Shown here: piece after piece, positions 11,398 through 25,100 of the stretch | Layout of the letters: each line of letters begins with the position of its first letter | Position numbering within the stretch: the first letter of the stretch is position 1 | Origin: Cyanophora paradoxa CCMP329 | Taxonomy: Eukaryota; Plantae; Glaucophyta | Assembly (NCBI GenBank): GCA_004431415.1 | Contig: QPMI01000621.1 | Coordinates: 150,034-214,033 of the forward strand | Reading direction: 5' to 3' | DNA length: 64,000 nt | Program-made: the position numbers and the translations under genes | The notes under the pieces: generated by a model | What the model was told of the DNA's origin: nothing | What the model saw: only the letters and a program-made list of their open reading frames with translations | Database searches by the model: none

Positions 11398-12507
11398 GCG
11401 GGAATTCGAAGACATTTGCATGCGATGACGCAGCAGACTTCTCGCTGCTTGCCGCGCGTTCATGATCATGATCAGCCACTGAGGCGCAGCGCCAGGTTCG
11501 CGATCGGAGGTCGCGTGAACGTGTATACGTAACTTGTAACGTTCAAGAGTCTGCAGCCGCTGATCATGAGCTGCGGCGCCAGCGCGCGCTGCGGCGTTGC
11601 AATTGCAATTGCAATTGGCTGCTGAGATGCGCGCGCGTACTACGGCCGCGGTACCGTATCCGATGATCCGTGGCACGATTCCGTGCACGGCCAGTACTAC
11701 CGGTAGTTGGCAGCTGCCAGGGGCTGCAGCCGTTTTCGAGCTGTATACGCACGTAAACGACTATATATATGCACGACAAGTATATATACGTATACGTATA
11801 CGTACGCGTATAACTACCGGTAGTGTACGCGTGTACGTATACAGCTGTATATATACGTACATGTACGTATACTAGACTACTAGTAGTCTACTACTAGTAC
11901 TAGTACACATGTACCTGTGCACTGTGCGCATGCATATGACAATTCTAGCGCTGACCCGCCGCTGACCCCGCGGGCCGGGTCGGCCGGCCCGGGCTGATCG
12001 ATCTTCGAATTCGAATTCGGTCGCTAGATCGACTAAATAAAAACATTATAGATCTAGCCCACTCAGCGAGTGAAAATATACACAGCTCCGAGTTTAGAGA
12101 GAACGTATGCGTATGCGCTGCGGTGCCCCGGGCCGGCGCTAGCAAAACCTAGGCCGGGCTACCTAACATTAATATTCCGCGACGCTCGGACGAGCTATTC
12201 CTGTACCCGGGGCATTCTCGATCTAGGGAGCTCGATCGATCTGGGGAGCTTGAGATCTGACCGGGTAATTAATCCGGCGATAAAAAAAGCCGGCCGCGGC
12301 GAACGAATAAAAAAGGCGCAAGAAATCAGAAAAGTTCGCGTGGTTGAATTCAAAAACCTAAAATCAGAAATCAGCCCCGCGCCGGCTCCGATCCGGTCGA
12401 CGAGTCGACGTCGGCCCCAGGCTGGATTCCCCGCCGCGCCGCTGGAATTCGAACCGCTAGCGCTGGCCATGGGCGCCCGGCGGCCGTAGGCGGCCGCCAG
12501 CAGTGGC

Positions 12508-14865
12508 CTAGGGGAGGGGACCCCCAGCCCGGCGCGGCCCCCGGGCCCCCGCGGCCGGCCCGGCGGTCACTGAGTCGCCGCTTGGAGCCACGATGTATTG
12601 TATATACACGCACAAGCCTCGGGCATGCACTGCGGCGGCTGCGCCCGGGACCTGTCCAAGCCCGTCTGCCCGCTGCGCAGCGTCCTGCATCCGTCCGGTC
12701 GCAGGGGCCGCTCTCAGCCAGGCCCCTCCCGAGGCCCCCTCCCGAGGCCCGCCGCCGCCAAGCGCGCCCACCTACTCCGACCCGGGGTCGGCGTCGGCGT
12801 CCGAGCCGCAGCCGGCCTTGGCCGCCCGCGCCTGCGGGGCGTCAGAGGGCGCCGCAGGGGCGCCACCGGCCGGGCCCGGGGGAAAGGTCGCCTTCTCGAG
12901 GTTGCGGGCGAGCTCGGAGGGGTCCCGCCGGCGCCGCGTCTCCACCGCCCGCCGCGACCCGTCCACCCTGCCCGCCCGCCCCGTACCCCTCAGAGGAGGG
13001 AGGGTACGGGAAAGTTGGGGGAGGATGGGGGGGGGGCGAAAGGCGGCCGCGCGCCGGTTCTTGTGGAGGCGGTTCGCGTACCCCGGGTCCTGTGCGGCCT
13101 GCGGGCGCGGGGGGACGGGAGTCGGGCGCGGCCCCAGAGCGGAGCGGGCGGGACAGGGGAGCTTCGAGCGGATCGCGGACCCGCAGGCGGCGGGTCTCGT
13201 GGCCGCGCCGGGCGATCTCGGCGCGGTCCTTCTTGATGAGCTTCTGCGCGGCCAGGGGGTCGCCGCCCTGCCTCTTCCTGGCCCCCAGGCTCTTCTTCTT
13301 CTGCTGCTGCTGCTGCCGAGGCGCGCGCCCCGCGCCGGGCTGGCGCTGGGGGGCGGGCGGCGGCTGCTTGAACGCGCTGGCGGCGAAGGGGGCGCTGCCG
13401 GGGGCGCCGGCCGTGAGCAGGGGCCCCTTCGGAGTGACGGGGCGCCTGAGAGCCAGCGCGTCGGCGTCGGCGCGGCGCTGAAGGGCGGGGCGTGTGCGTA
13501 CCCGTCCGTCTTCAGCTCGCAGGCGCGGATGGCGGAGGGGGCGAGCCGAACGGAGGGCTCAGAGCCTGCGGAGGGCGAGGCCGGGGGCCACGGGAGGGGG
13601 AGGGGTACGCCCTCCTCGCCGAAATCGACGAGGGACCCGATCGAGTCGCTGCGCCGAAAGCGGGTCAGGCGGCGCGGACGCCGAGCCGAGAGGGGGTACT
13701 GGCACCTGCGGCTGGGGGAGGCGGGCGCCGGCGGCTCGCTCATGCTGCGCGCGCGGTCGATGGCGGCGGCTCAAGAGTGGAGATAAGATCGGGCTATGGT
13801 CGGACCTCATGGCGGAGAAGCGGGCGCTGAGCGCGTCGATGTCGTGGCACGGGAGGGCGCCGGCCCGCGCGGGCTCGCAATCCCCTTCGACGGAGCTGCC
13901 ATAGCGTGAGCGACGCGAGGGCGGCGCGGGGATCGCGGAGGGCGCCTCGGCGACTCGTTCCGAGCGATCTCGGCTCCGGCTCCGAGCTGGCTCGACTGCG
14001 GCGCTTCGGAGGCGGCAGGCAGCTGGGCCGAGGAGCTGCAGAGCGAGTTCAGAGTGGAGAGCGCGTTGAAGCGGGGTACGCGGCGAGGACGTACAGCTCC
14101 AAATGGGCGCCGGCGACGGGCACGACGACGTCAGCCGCACGCGCAGGGCTGCGAACGCGGCCGGTCAGGACTTCGGCAGAGGATTTGAATTGAAAGACGA
14201 CGCACTTCGGCTGAAGGCCCTCCAGGCCCTCGATGGCGAGAAGATCAGCGGGGATCGCAGCTGCAGCCTGATTTGCGGGCGGCCGGAGCAGCCGGCTGGC
14301 GAAGCAAGTGAGTCGAGACAAACAGAAGCAAATCAAATGCGCACAGCAGCAGGCTCTCCTGGAAGTGAATGTACGCCTCGTGGCCAGCGATTATGCCCTG
14401 GGCCCTTCCAGGGTCGCTGCGAGGGACGTCAGCAGCTGCAGCGCTCGGCGCCGGGCGCGTGTTCTGTAGAAGCGGGCGCACATAGGCCGCTTGGCGAAGC
14501 CAGCCGCCTTCCCAAGAGCGCTCGTGGGGAGCCCGTATGGCACGGTCTGAGAGAATGGAGCCTGCGCATGCGCTTGCCCTCGTCAGAGTCACGAACGCAT
14601 GTGAAGCGCCTCGAGAGACACGAGTGGGAAGCCGAGGGCCGGCGAAGCGCGCGCGTTCCGAGCGCCAAGAAGGGATGCGGAGAAAGCGAAGTTGCCGAGG
14701 AAGTACGCGTTCGCAGGAAAGGTGGAGCGAAATCGGCGCAGGGGTCGAAGAGCACCTGCAGTGTGCCAGCGAACGGAGAGCTCGAGAATGCGTGCTCCTC
14801 TTCGTGAGCACCGGCGCCCAGGGCCTGCCGCGTGCGGCTCGCGCGGCGCCCTGGTCGCTGACCAT
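12508..14865 (-). CDS. Hypothetical multi-exon protein, Pro/Ser-rich; exon structure uncertain
   Basis: Exon-like segments bounded by CAG|...|GTGCGC (e.g. GIIAGHEAYIHFQESLLL); no recognisable domain. Confidence 0.35.
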
Positions 14866-15017
14866 GTCCGCGCTCGCACTTCTCTGACTCCGGCGACTGC
14901 GCGGGCGCCGGGCGGGCCGGCAGCACTGCTGGAGCGCCCGTAAACGCGGCCAGCTGCAGCATCGCTGCCATCGCCGCGGGCGACGATGCAACGAATGGAC
15001 TGTACCCCGACCCAGCG

Positions 15018-16003
15018 ATGGCAGGGATCGACGACCTGCCCGGGGAGCTCCTCGCGAGCATCCTGCGGCGGCTGCACGATGCGCGGGAGCTCATATCGCT
15101 CAGCCGCGTCTCCAGGCGCTGGCGCGACGCGGTCCTGCAAGTTTGCGGCACCCTGGACGGGCCGGGCGAGCTGTGCCTCCGCGTACAAGGCCGCCGAGAC
15201 CCAGCGGTCATCGGGGCGCGACCCGCGGTGACAGGGGCGCTGAAGCATCTTGGCGGGCTGAGCTCCCTCGTCGTCGAGTTCGCCGGCTTCGACGCGAAGG
15301 CCCTCGCCCTCGCCCTCGGCGACAGCCTCCACACGCTCGAGCTGAACGGCTGCCCCGCAGCGTGCTTCGCCAAGGTCCGCCGCCCGGCCCCGTACACGCG
15401 GTCCTGCCCCACGGCCCGACGCGTGGCGGCGGGCAGCTTGCCGACCAGCCCGGGGCGTTGGCCTCTGCGGCGCTTCGGAACGCGTCGTCCCTCCGGCGCC
15501 TCGTCCTGCGGCGGGTCGACGCGCTGCCCTCCGCTGAAGTCGTCGCGACGCTCGGCTCCGCATCGTCGCTCACGCACGTCGACCTGAGCTACGTGCGCGC
15601 TTTTCGCCCGTGGCCCACGGATCGAATCGCTTTCCGCCTGGATCGAATCTGCGCCGCAGAACTCGGACCTGCGGGACGACGTCTTCTCGGCGCTGGCGGC
15701 GCACTGCCCCTCCCTCTCCTCGCTCCGGGTACAGGGCTGCTGGCGCCTCCGCGGCCGCGGCATCGCCGAGCTGGCCGCCGGCTGCCCCCGCCTCGCCCGG
15801 CTCGACCTCGGCCTCGAGTACGTCCGCGTCACCGACGCCGGTGCGGCGTACCCCCCTCGCTCCGCTCTCGCACCCCTCTAAGCGGCTCGCGCGCCACAGC
15901 GCTGGAGGCGATCGCGCGGTCGCTGGGAGGGGTACTGGAGGAGTTCCGCATGGGCGGCTGGGGTGCGCGCCCCCTGTCCCTCCCCGCCCCCAACGCTTGA
16001 CCG

Positions 16004-16034
<31 letters not shown>

Positions 16035-17277
16035 CAGGCCTCTCGCCCCCTCGCTGAACCTCCTGCCCCGCCTCACCCGCCTCTCCGCGCTCTCCTTCGC
16101 GTGCGACTCGGCCCCCGAGTCCCTGCTGGACTCGATCCTGCGGTCCTGCCCCTCCCTCGCCCGCCTCCGCGTCCAGTCCGGGGAGAGCCTCTCGCCCGAG
16201 GCGGCGGCCCGCCTGGCGCCCCTCCTCGCCCGCCTCACGGACGTCGGACTGAGCACGCGGATTCCGATCGCGGCCGTGGGGCCCCCCGCGCCCCCCGGAC
16301 CCTTACCCCTCGAGCTCCTCACCCTCTCCTGCTCCCCCTCCCTCGCCAAGCTCGCCATCTACTCCGACTCCGTCACTAACGCGCGTGTACCCCCTCCCTT
16401 CCATCCCCCCTCTTCGTTTGAACCGCCGGTCCTCCCTCCCTTTTACAGGTCTGCGTCCTTCGCTCGGCGCCGCGCTGGTCCTCCCTGCGCACGCTGCGGC
16501 TCTGCTCCCGCCACGTCACCGGCCCCGCCCTCATCGTGCGCCTCGGCCGTATACGTACCCGCCTTCTGTCCCCCCCCTGCTCACAGGCGTACTCACCGGC
16601 AGCACATGGCGCGCCACTGCAAGGCGCTGCGCACGCTCTCCATCGCGAACGCGGCCGTGTCCGACGCGGAGGCCGCCGCCGCCTTCGCCCCCTCGTGCGC
16701 CGGCGGCCCCTGTACCCCTCCCCCTCCTTCCCTCTTCTTCTTCGCTTAGCCGGAGCTCCGCAGCGTGCCGTGGACCGCCACCCTCACGCGGTACCCCCTC
16801 TATCCCCTTCCGGAGCCCTCCGCTCCCGTCCTAACCGGCGCCCAGGGTGGACCTGAGCGGGACGGGCGCCGGGGACGCCGCGCTGTCCGCCCTGGCGGGC
16901 GCCGTCGGCCCGCGCCTGAGGGGCCTATCCCTATACGACACCCGCGTCTCCGACCGCGCCGTCTGCAAGGTCCGCCCACGCCCTGTACCCCCTACCCGCC
17001 CCGCCCCACCACCGACCGCGGCCAGTGGGCGGAGGAGGGCCGGCTGGCTGGCCTGGAGTCGGCGAACCTCTCGCGCACGGGCCTCGCGGACAGCGGGCTG
17101 GCCGCCCTCCTCGACGGCTGCCCCCGCCTCTGGTGAGCCGCCGCGCCGGTCCCGCATCTGAGCGAGCGCTCCGCTCAGCTGTCGTTGGCGCGCAGGCGGC
17201 TGTACGCGTTCGAGTGCCGGTACCTGGGGCCGGCCCTCGCCCGCGCCCGCTCCGTCCTCCCGTTCGTCGTCACCTGA
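15018..17277 (+). CDS. F-box/LRR (FBXL-type) protein (multi-exon)
   Basis: F-box IDDLPGELLASILRRLHDARELISLSRVSRRWR; LRRs CPSLSSLRVQGCWRL, GCPRLARLDL, LESANLSRTGLADSGLAALLDGCPRL; stop at 17275-17277. Confidence 0.85.
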
Positions 17278-17992
17278 TTGCGGAGCCGGGAATCGAACTG
17301 CCGGAGCCCGGCCCCCGCGGAATCGGGAATTTTATTTTACGGAATCTGCACACTGCACACTGCACTGCACAGCCGCGCGCACGTCGCGGCCGACCGCGGC
17401 CTGAGCATCACAGGGGGGCACTAGCTGCGCATCCAGGTCGACGTCGACGTGTAACTGTCCTGGTAGCGAGGTGCAGGGCCTAGCTATACAGGCTAGGGCT
17501 AACCGCATTTGTTTATATCCAACAGCCACGAAAACGCAAGTGGGGTCAGGCCTAGGGCCGACGTCGACTGGATGCAAGCACTCCGGAGGCCTAGCGCCGA
17601 AGTCAGAGTTGGCGGGGTACGTGTGCACAGTGAGTTCACCAACGACGTCGACGCCGGCGCCCGGCCCCAGCTTGGTGAGCTCAAACAAAACTTTAAAGCG
17701 CGCAGCTTCGACTCGCATCCAGCCAGCCGCAGCCGTCGGGTTGGTGGGCGCTCGTTCGAATTCCGAACGGCCGTCGCTGGTCTCTAGCTACTTATACAAG
17801 CTTTTGCTCTACTTCGTCAGCCGCGGATCCTTCGGTGCTTGTGAGCTTGCTCGCGCGTTCGGAGTCTGGAGCGAATTGAAGAAGTGAGCACGAGGCATCC
17901 GTGTATCGCACGATCACCCAAGCAGTCCCGACAGCTTGTTCAGGCGTAGGACGGCCGGGCGTTGCCGGCGCCCAGCCGTTATCGCATCTCGG

Positions 17993-18904
17993 ATGGCGCC
18001 GGCCGCGGGGGGACAGCGGCGAGCGGCACTGCTCCTCCTGGCGCTGCACGTGAGCGCGGCGTGGCTGGTGCTTCCCGCAGCTGCTCAGGTGGCGGAGGCC
18101 TTCCTCGGAAGGGGAGGGACGCCTGCGCGGGTCGCTGAGGGCCTCGCGGGCGCGGCGGCGGAGGCGGAGAATGGATCCGGCGCGGCGCATTCGTCTCTGG
18201 TCATGAAGCTCCTGCGGGGAACTCCGAGCCGGCTCCTAGGTCCCCTTGCCCCGCGTGCGCGGCCGCCCCGCCCCGCCCCGCCCCGCCGCGGCCCCGCAGT
18301 GGTCTTCTTGGGCGCCTCACGCCGCGCCCGGCGCAGCCGCCGGCGCCGCGCATCTCGATCCGCCGGCGACCGCTGCTGCAGGGCCCCACTCCACTCCCCG
18401 CCCGCCGGGTGCGCCGCCCCTGCAGCTGGCGCCCCCTACTCCCGCGGCTCCCTGACGGCGCCCCCGCAGCGCCCGGGGCACGTCGGGCCCCCAGGGACGC
18501 CCCAGACGGCTCGCTGGTCCCAGTGACCAACATCGAGGCCGAGCCGAGCCCCAGCCCGTCCGGCGGGCAGTCGGGCGGCAGCGCCCTCGGGGACGGCGCC
18601 ATCGCGGTACCCCTCTTTGGTGGGGATGTCGTTCCACTGGGCTACACTAAACTTGAAAACTTCGCAGGCGATCGCCGTGGCGGGGGGCGCGTTGCTGGCG
18701 GCGGCGGCGATCCTCGCGGGGGTACTCTATTTCCGCTGGAAGCGCCGGGCGGCGCTGCTGTCTCTGGGGCGCCTCCGCCCGGCGAGCCTCGGGCCCGTGG
18801 AGTCGGACGAGAAGGGCGAGTCCGGACCCGCGGCCGAGCGCCCGCTCGCGGCCGGGGAGGAGCCGGTGAGGCCGCGGCCGGCCACCCTGCCCGTCATCCT
18901 GTAG
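17993..18904 (+). CDS. Small single-pass membrane protein (multi-exon)
   Basis: Signal-like RRAALLLLALHVSAAWLVLPAAA; TM AIAVAGGALLAAAAILAGVLYF followed by RWKRR. Confidence 0.55.
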
Positions 18905-19928
18905 CCAGGCGCGAGGACGTCGCCGCGCCCCGCTGCCAGGCTTGCCCGGCGAACTTTCTTTCAATTGCAGTTTGTTTCGCTTTCTTTGACACCATCCTTC
19001 GAAACATCGGCCCTCCCCGCATGAGCAGCCCTCAGTGAGAGCAGCTCCGCAGCTTAGCTAGCTCGGCCGCGTGCACCTGGTTAGCGCTCCCCGCGGCGCT
19101 AACTTAATGCTCCGGAGGCTTCATAGGAAAGCATGTACACGCGCTTCGAATTCACGATCACATGCGCATGCTATCTTAATTATAAACGCGATGCACACGA
19201 TCTCGATGGCATACCTCCCGCGCGCGGGTCGTTCGGACCTGCGGGCCGTCGGCGGCGTTGCCGCCGTCGCACGAATAGGCGTACGCGTCACGGCGGGCCC
19301 CGGTCCACGCGCGTCACGCGCGCGCGCGCGCCAGTGTACAGAGCTGCCCGCTGCTCCGCGCGCGCCAGCGGTAGGTATATATCACGATCATATATCTACG
19401 TATATGTATAGCTGCGGCTAGCTAGTGCCGCGCGCCTTGCCATTGCCTAATCATCGGATGCGCCAGATGCTGACATATGCATGTAGCGCGGCCGCGTGCG
19501 GGCCGCGCGCGCGCGCCGCGCGCGGATCATTGGATGTGCACGTAGCTACCGCGGCCGCGCGAGGTGCTCGTAGCTGTAGCTAGCGCCGCGCGCGGCGCTG
19601 ACTTCATGCGCACGAGGCCCATGGATACATGCGCTTCAGACTGATGATCAGTGATCGCATACTATCCTAGACGCGCGCGATGCACACGACCGTACGCGTA
19701 CCTCGATCGCGATGGCATGCGCATGCCTCCGCTGATTATGAGCATCGGACAAGATGCGCAGACGTACCCCAAGGGACGATTCGATCTGTTACCCCTTCCC
19801 CGAATGTCCCCCCCGCCAGCCGGAGATGCGACCCTACGCGATTCACTTGGTCAGCCGGACTTGGACACTCCATCTCTGCGAAGCTCGGCAGTAGGGAGCG
19901 CATTCCTTTTGCAACGAGGGCGTCAACC

Positions 19929-21475
19929 ATGAAGGCGTCCGCAGCTATCCTCCTCCTCCTCGCGTTCGCCGGCCTCGCCGCCGCGGCGCGCTACGAGTTC
20001 CAGGGTGCGCCGGCAGCGATCGCGAACTTTGGCGGCGCCGTAGCTTTGCTAACGTCGCCTCCCCGCAGGCGTGTACCTGTGCGTCGCTGGCCGGCGCCCG
20101 CCGCCCCCTGCGCCCCATCGCCCGCTAACCTTGGGTTGCGTCTGTTCGCGTCCGCCTTCCTCCGCCATGATAGGGTGCGTCCAGCTGCTATCCAGGCTTT
20201 ATAGGCCAAGGTTGCTCCGCTGACGCGGCCGGCGCTGCGCCCGATCGCAGGACTTCTATGACAACCCAACTTGCTCTGTCCCCAGCGATCCCGCCGCGAA
20301 GGCTGCGTCCAAGCAGCACCTGTGGTCATTCTCGTACGAGTGGTGAGTTCTGGGCGCTCGCAGAGAACGCTGGTCGGGGCGGCGAATGATAGGGCGCCAC
20401 CGCAGGCCCATGATGGAGCCCGGCGAGGGCCGGGACACGTGGGAGTATGGCATCACGCCTGCGGACGCCACTGACCCTCTGAACGTCCCCGGCAAGAAAA
20501 CGATCGACGACTGCAACTACAACGGCAAGACCAAGACGCCCACCCTCTCCGGCCGCTGGTGAGCAGGGTTCGGTGCACGCCGGCCAGCCGTGTGCAGTAT
20601 TCTTATCATCCCGGCCGTAGCGTTTCCACCCTGGGCGCGATCGGCGAGGCGAACAAGAACAACTTTTACCGCTGGGGCGCGGACAAGCCCTCGGGCCACG
20701 CGCAGGACAAGTACTGTGCGCACTGGCGATTTTTGCACCAGCGCTATCTAGAATGTAGCTCCTGCTCACCATCGCTCCCGCAGCCCAGTGGAAGCACGAG
20801 CCGTACATTCAGGTCACCTGCCTGGACGCCAAAGGCAACAAGATGGCGGTCGAGGACGTGCGCCGCCCAGCACTGCTGCTGCGCTTCCGACGCCGTCTCC
20901 CTCGCTGACTGGGCCTGGATCGCCCGCAGGAGAGCACCTGGGCCACGACGTCGGTGACCGTGTCGGTGTTTGCGGGCTATGACGAGAAGAACAAGGGCCT
21001 TGGCACCCGCAAGCAGTCGGGCAACGAGTACACCTCGTCCGAGCCCAAGTGGGCCGGCAAGCTCGACAGCGCCCCCGACAGCTGGAAGGGCGATGGCAAG
21101 GGCGCCAAGATCGGCGGCTCGAACGCTGTCGGCCGCTACCGCTGCTGCGCTGAGAACAACGGCAAGGCCTGCACCAAGTACGGCTGGGACTTCAAGCGCG
21201 ACCAGGGCGGCGCCGTCATCTCCGAGAAGGACCGCTGCAAGACCATCACCAACGTGCCCGCTTTCTTCCCCGGCGTCTCCCCCGTCACCGGCATCGACTA
21301 CGCGGTCTCCGGCAATACCTTCACGTGCGCCTCGGCCGGCTCTCGATCCTCGCGCCCGCGCCTGACGCCCGCCCGGCGCAGCGTGGCGCACAACAAGTGC
21401 GTCCCTGTGCCCAACTCCAGCACGCGGTGGGTCATCGCCCGGTGTCACATGGAGTGGCGTGAGAACCGCGCCTAA
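19929..21475 (+). CDS. Secreted protein of unknown function (multi-exon, includes 10-nt and probable 1-nt exons)
   Basis: Signal peptide MKASAAILLLLAFAGLAAA; strongly biased codon usage; Cys/Trp/Lys-rich exons ending CHMEWRENRA*. Confidence 0.75.
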
Positions 21476-22130
21476 GCGGTCGACCGCCGCCCCGACGTCG
21501 ACGTATGCTAGTGCTAGGCTTAACAATTAACTAGGCGTAGTCGCCCATATCCTAGTTTCAGCGTAGATGCATTTCAGATAGTGTAGAGTTGCGCCCTTGC
21601 TTGTGTGACAGACCTGTCCCTGGGGATTTTTTCTCGCCTCCCCTTCGATGTGAGAATCATTTAATGATATTAATGATATTTCGGTGAACATGGGACACTG
21701 TTTGGTCGACCTGAGCCCCGGGAACGGGTTTAGAATCCCCGCCGGGCCGGGATCCCCGCCCCTCTCGACTCAGCTGCATAGACCGCGTCCAGCTGGCCGC
21801 CCGGCGGCCGGCCCTCGCGATCCGATGATCGGGCCTCATGATCAGCCTGCGGGGGGTGTGGGCCGGCGCGGTGTCACACGTGATATCGGTAGGCCGGTGT
21901 CACGCAGTGAGCACGTCGACGTCGCAGATCGATTTAAACCAGTTCGTGTTAAATTGGCCAATTAACAGCATTACCTAAGGCTAGTTAACTGCTCAAGCTC
22001 TGCTTTCAAACACTGCCTGCGGCGACTGCTTCTTATGCCTCGGAATGTGTAGGCTTGAAACGGAACATGCATGGAGACTCTGAGATGGATGCCGGCTCGC
22101 TCGACCCCGGCATCGGCGCCGGGCCGTCGC

Positions 22131-25100
22131 TCAGGAGAGGGCGAGGGGCGCGGGGCTCGGGATGATGTGCGAAAGAGAGTTCGCCATGTCGGGGCCTGCT
22201 CGCCCCGCCCCGCCTCAGAGGACGAAGCGGAGCGCGTAAAACGGTGAGCCGCGCACCCTCGAGCACGCGGGAGCGCTTCTTGGAGGCGGAGGAGGGGCTC
22301 GTCGGGATCGCCACCCCGTTCCCGTTCGTCGCCTGCGCCCCGCCCCGCGTGAGAGGGGCGCGCCCAAGGCGCGGGTGCTGTACGTCTACACGACCCCTTG
22401 GGCGGGGCAGGGCGGGGCGGGGCGGGGCGGGGCGGGGCGGGGCGGGGGCGTGCCTCGTGGGGCCGCTTGGAGACGAGGAGGAGGTTGTGCTCCTTCTTCG
22501 CCGCCTCCGCGCACTCCTTCACCATCTGAGGGGGCGTGAGAGGCGCGCGCGTGAGAGGGCGGCAGCCAGCGAGGTCGACGGCCCGGGGAGCCTAGCCGGC
22601 GCTGGAGCGGGAGAGGGGCCCCCTGGCCCTCCCAGCCCCTCCCCGGGCGGCACGGCCGGCGGCGGAGCCGAGACTGGAGCGGGAGAAGAGTCCCCTGGCC
22701 CTCGAGCTAGAGCCAGAGGTGGCGGAGGGGAGGGTACTACGGGGACGGATCCCCCGCCCCGGAGCGGGAGCTGGAGGTAGTCCGCGAGGAGCCCGGGCGG
22801 GCGCGACAAGTCCGCCCTAGCTAGCCCCCCCGGCCCCCCGCTAGCGCCAGAGCTAGGGCCAGAGCGCCCCGCCCCGCCCCTCCAGCTAGAGACAGCTAGA
22901 GACAGCAAGCAGAGCAGCAGCTAGAGACAGCGGAGGAGGCCCAGAGGCTCCGGGCCCGCCCCGCCCGCCCAGCCCCCCACTCGCCTCGAGGAAGGCGTCG
23001 ATCTCGGCCTCCGTGTGGCTCCACGACGTCACGAAGCGGTAGTGGCCCGGGTTCTCCCTGCCGTAAAGGTCAGCGCCGGGTCTCCAGGGCGGCGGCAGGA
23101 TTCCAGAGGGGCGGCGCGAGGCGCTTCTAGCTTCTTCTGGGCGGGGCCGCCGGGGGCGGGCGGGGCGGGACGGCGGCGGACCACCCCCTAGCGCTAGACT
23201 TCTTCTAGCCTCTTCTAGACTCGTTCAGGGCGTGGGTGGGCGGGGCGGGGCGGGACGGCGGGGGCGGACCACTCGTAGAACTTGGGCCCGCGGGCGCGCA
23301 GGGCGTCCGCCAGCACCGACGGCATCTTCACGAAGATCTGAGGGGCCGGGGGGCGAGGGGGCCTCAGACGAGATCCGGGGGAGGGGGACGGGGGGGTACG
23401 GGGCCGCGCCTCGTTGGCCATGACGGGGTGCAGGAGCTCCGCCAGGTCCGTCGCCAGCAGGCCCTGCCCAGCCAGGCCTTAGGGGCGACCAGGCGGGGCG
23501 AGGGGGGCAGAGCCGACCTTGACGAGGCGGTCGGCGAGGGCGTTGGCGGTGGAGGCGTTGCGGAGCCAGAGGCCGTCCTCCATGTACGCCAGGAACTGCG
23601 CCGAGAAGTACCGCGCCTGCGGGCGAGGAGGAGGTCAGAGCCGAGCCGAGCCGCGGGGAGGAGGTCAGAGCCGAGGGGAGGAGGTCTGCCGCGCGGTACA
23701 GCCGGGGCGAGCCAAGCCGCCCCGGCGCCAAGCCGCCCCGGCGCCAAGCTGCCCCCGCGCTCGCAAAGGGGGGTACGGCGGACCTTGGAGAAGAGCTGGC
23801 CGCCGCGCTTGTGGCGGTAGTCGAAGTCGTGCGCGAGGCCCTGCCCGCCCGGCCCGGCCCGGCGTCAGCGCGCCCGAGCTCTAGCTCCCCGAGCGAGAAG
23901 GCGAAGCCGGGCGATGGGGGCCAGGCAGACTAGGGGCCGGCGGCGGTGCGGGGCGGGGCGAGCGTGTGAGGCCAAGAGGGGAGGGGCGGCGGCGGAGCCA
24001 GGCGAAGACTAAGAGGGGCGGCCTGGTCGAAGAACCTGGTCGAAGAAGATGATGGCCTCCGCGGCGAGCGCCCCGTTCTTCGTCGCCCCGAAGCTGAGGA
24101 GGGGCCCGCCCCGTGAGGCCAGGCGCGGGGGCGGGGCGGGGGCGGGGGCGGGGCCGAGGAGAGAAGAGCGGCGGGGGCGAGGCCCCTGCAGCCCGGACTA
24201 GCTCTCCTAGCCCAGCGGGAGGGGGGCGGACCTGAGGATGTCGACGCCGCAGCGCCAGGTGACGTCGGCGGGGCTGCAGCCCAGCGCCGCGATGGCGTTC
24301 GCCAGCCGCGCCCCGTCCATGTGCACCTTTACTGCGGGGCCGGCGCTCAGACAAAGCTAGACGGAGGGGCGCCGGGGTGGTCTGGCGCGCGGGCGCACGG
24401 TTGTGCTTGTGGGCGATGGCGGAGAGCTCCTTCAGCTCGTCCAGGCTGTACACCGTCCTGCGTGCCCGGCGCGCTTAGCTTAGCTTGAGCTTGATTGGAG
24501 AGAGAGGGGAGGGGCCGGGGCGGGGGAGAGCTCGCACACACCCGCACTCGGTGCTCTGGGTGACCGTGATCGTCGCCGGCTTGTTGTGGTGCGGCCGGAA
24601 CGAGAGCGCCTGCGCCGGCGGACCACGCGCGTGCGTAAGCGGCACGGCGGCTCGAGGCGCCGCTTGGCGGGCTTGCAGGCGCGGCGTAGCCTAGAGACCG
24701 GGAACTATCGAGGACATCACGGCGCAGCCTAGGCGGTCCCGCGCGCGCGCACCTGGCGGATCTTCTCCTCGAGGGTCGCGCAGCACATCTTGCCGTGCTT
24801 GCCCGGCACCAGCATCAGCTGCGCGCCGCCTGCCGGCGAGTCAGGCGGGACGGAAGAAGAAGAAGAAGAGCGGGAAGGAGGAGGAGGCACCGGTGAAGAG
24901 CTCGGGGGCGCCGCACTCGTCGATCTGGACGTGCGCGAGCTCGTGGCAGAAGATGTAGCCTGCGGCGGGGCGCGTGAGCGGCGCGAAAGGCGCGGGAAGC
25001 GCGCGAGTGCTCGCCGTAGCTCGGCGTCATCGCGGCCAGCGCCAGGGCGTTCGAAATCGTGCCCGTCGAGGTAAGGTAGAAATCGATCTTCGTCCTGCGA

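Noticed and set aside
12582-15832. Long Arg/Pro/Gly-rich ORFs (e.g. 12593-13786, 14429-15832; also 43386-44756 and 47998-49443)
   Set aside because: Antisense or off-frame shadows of spliced genes in very GC-rich DNA where stop codons are rare.
17480-17890. AT-richer intergenic blocks (also 12240-12400) as transposon remnants
   Set aside because: No TIRs, TSDs or second copy could be identified within the window.
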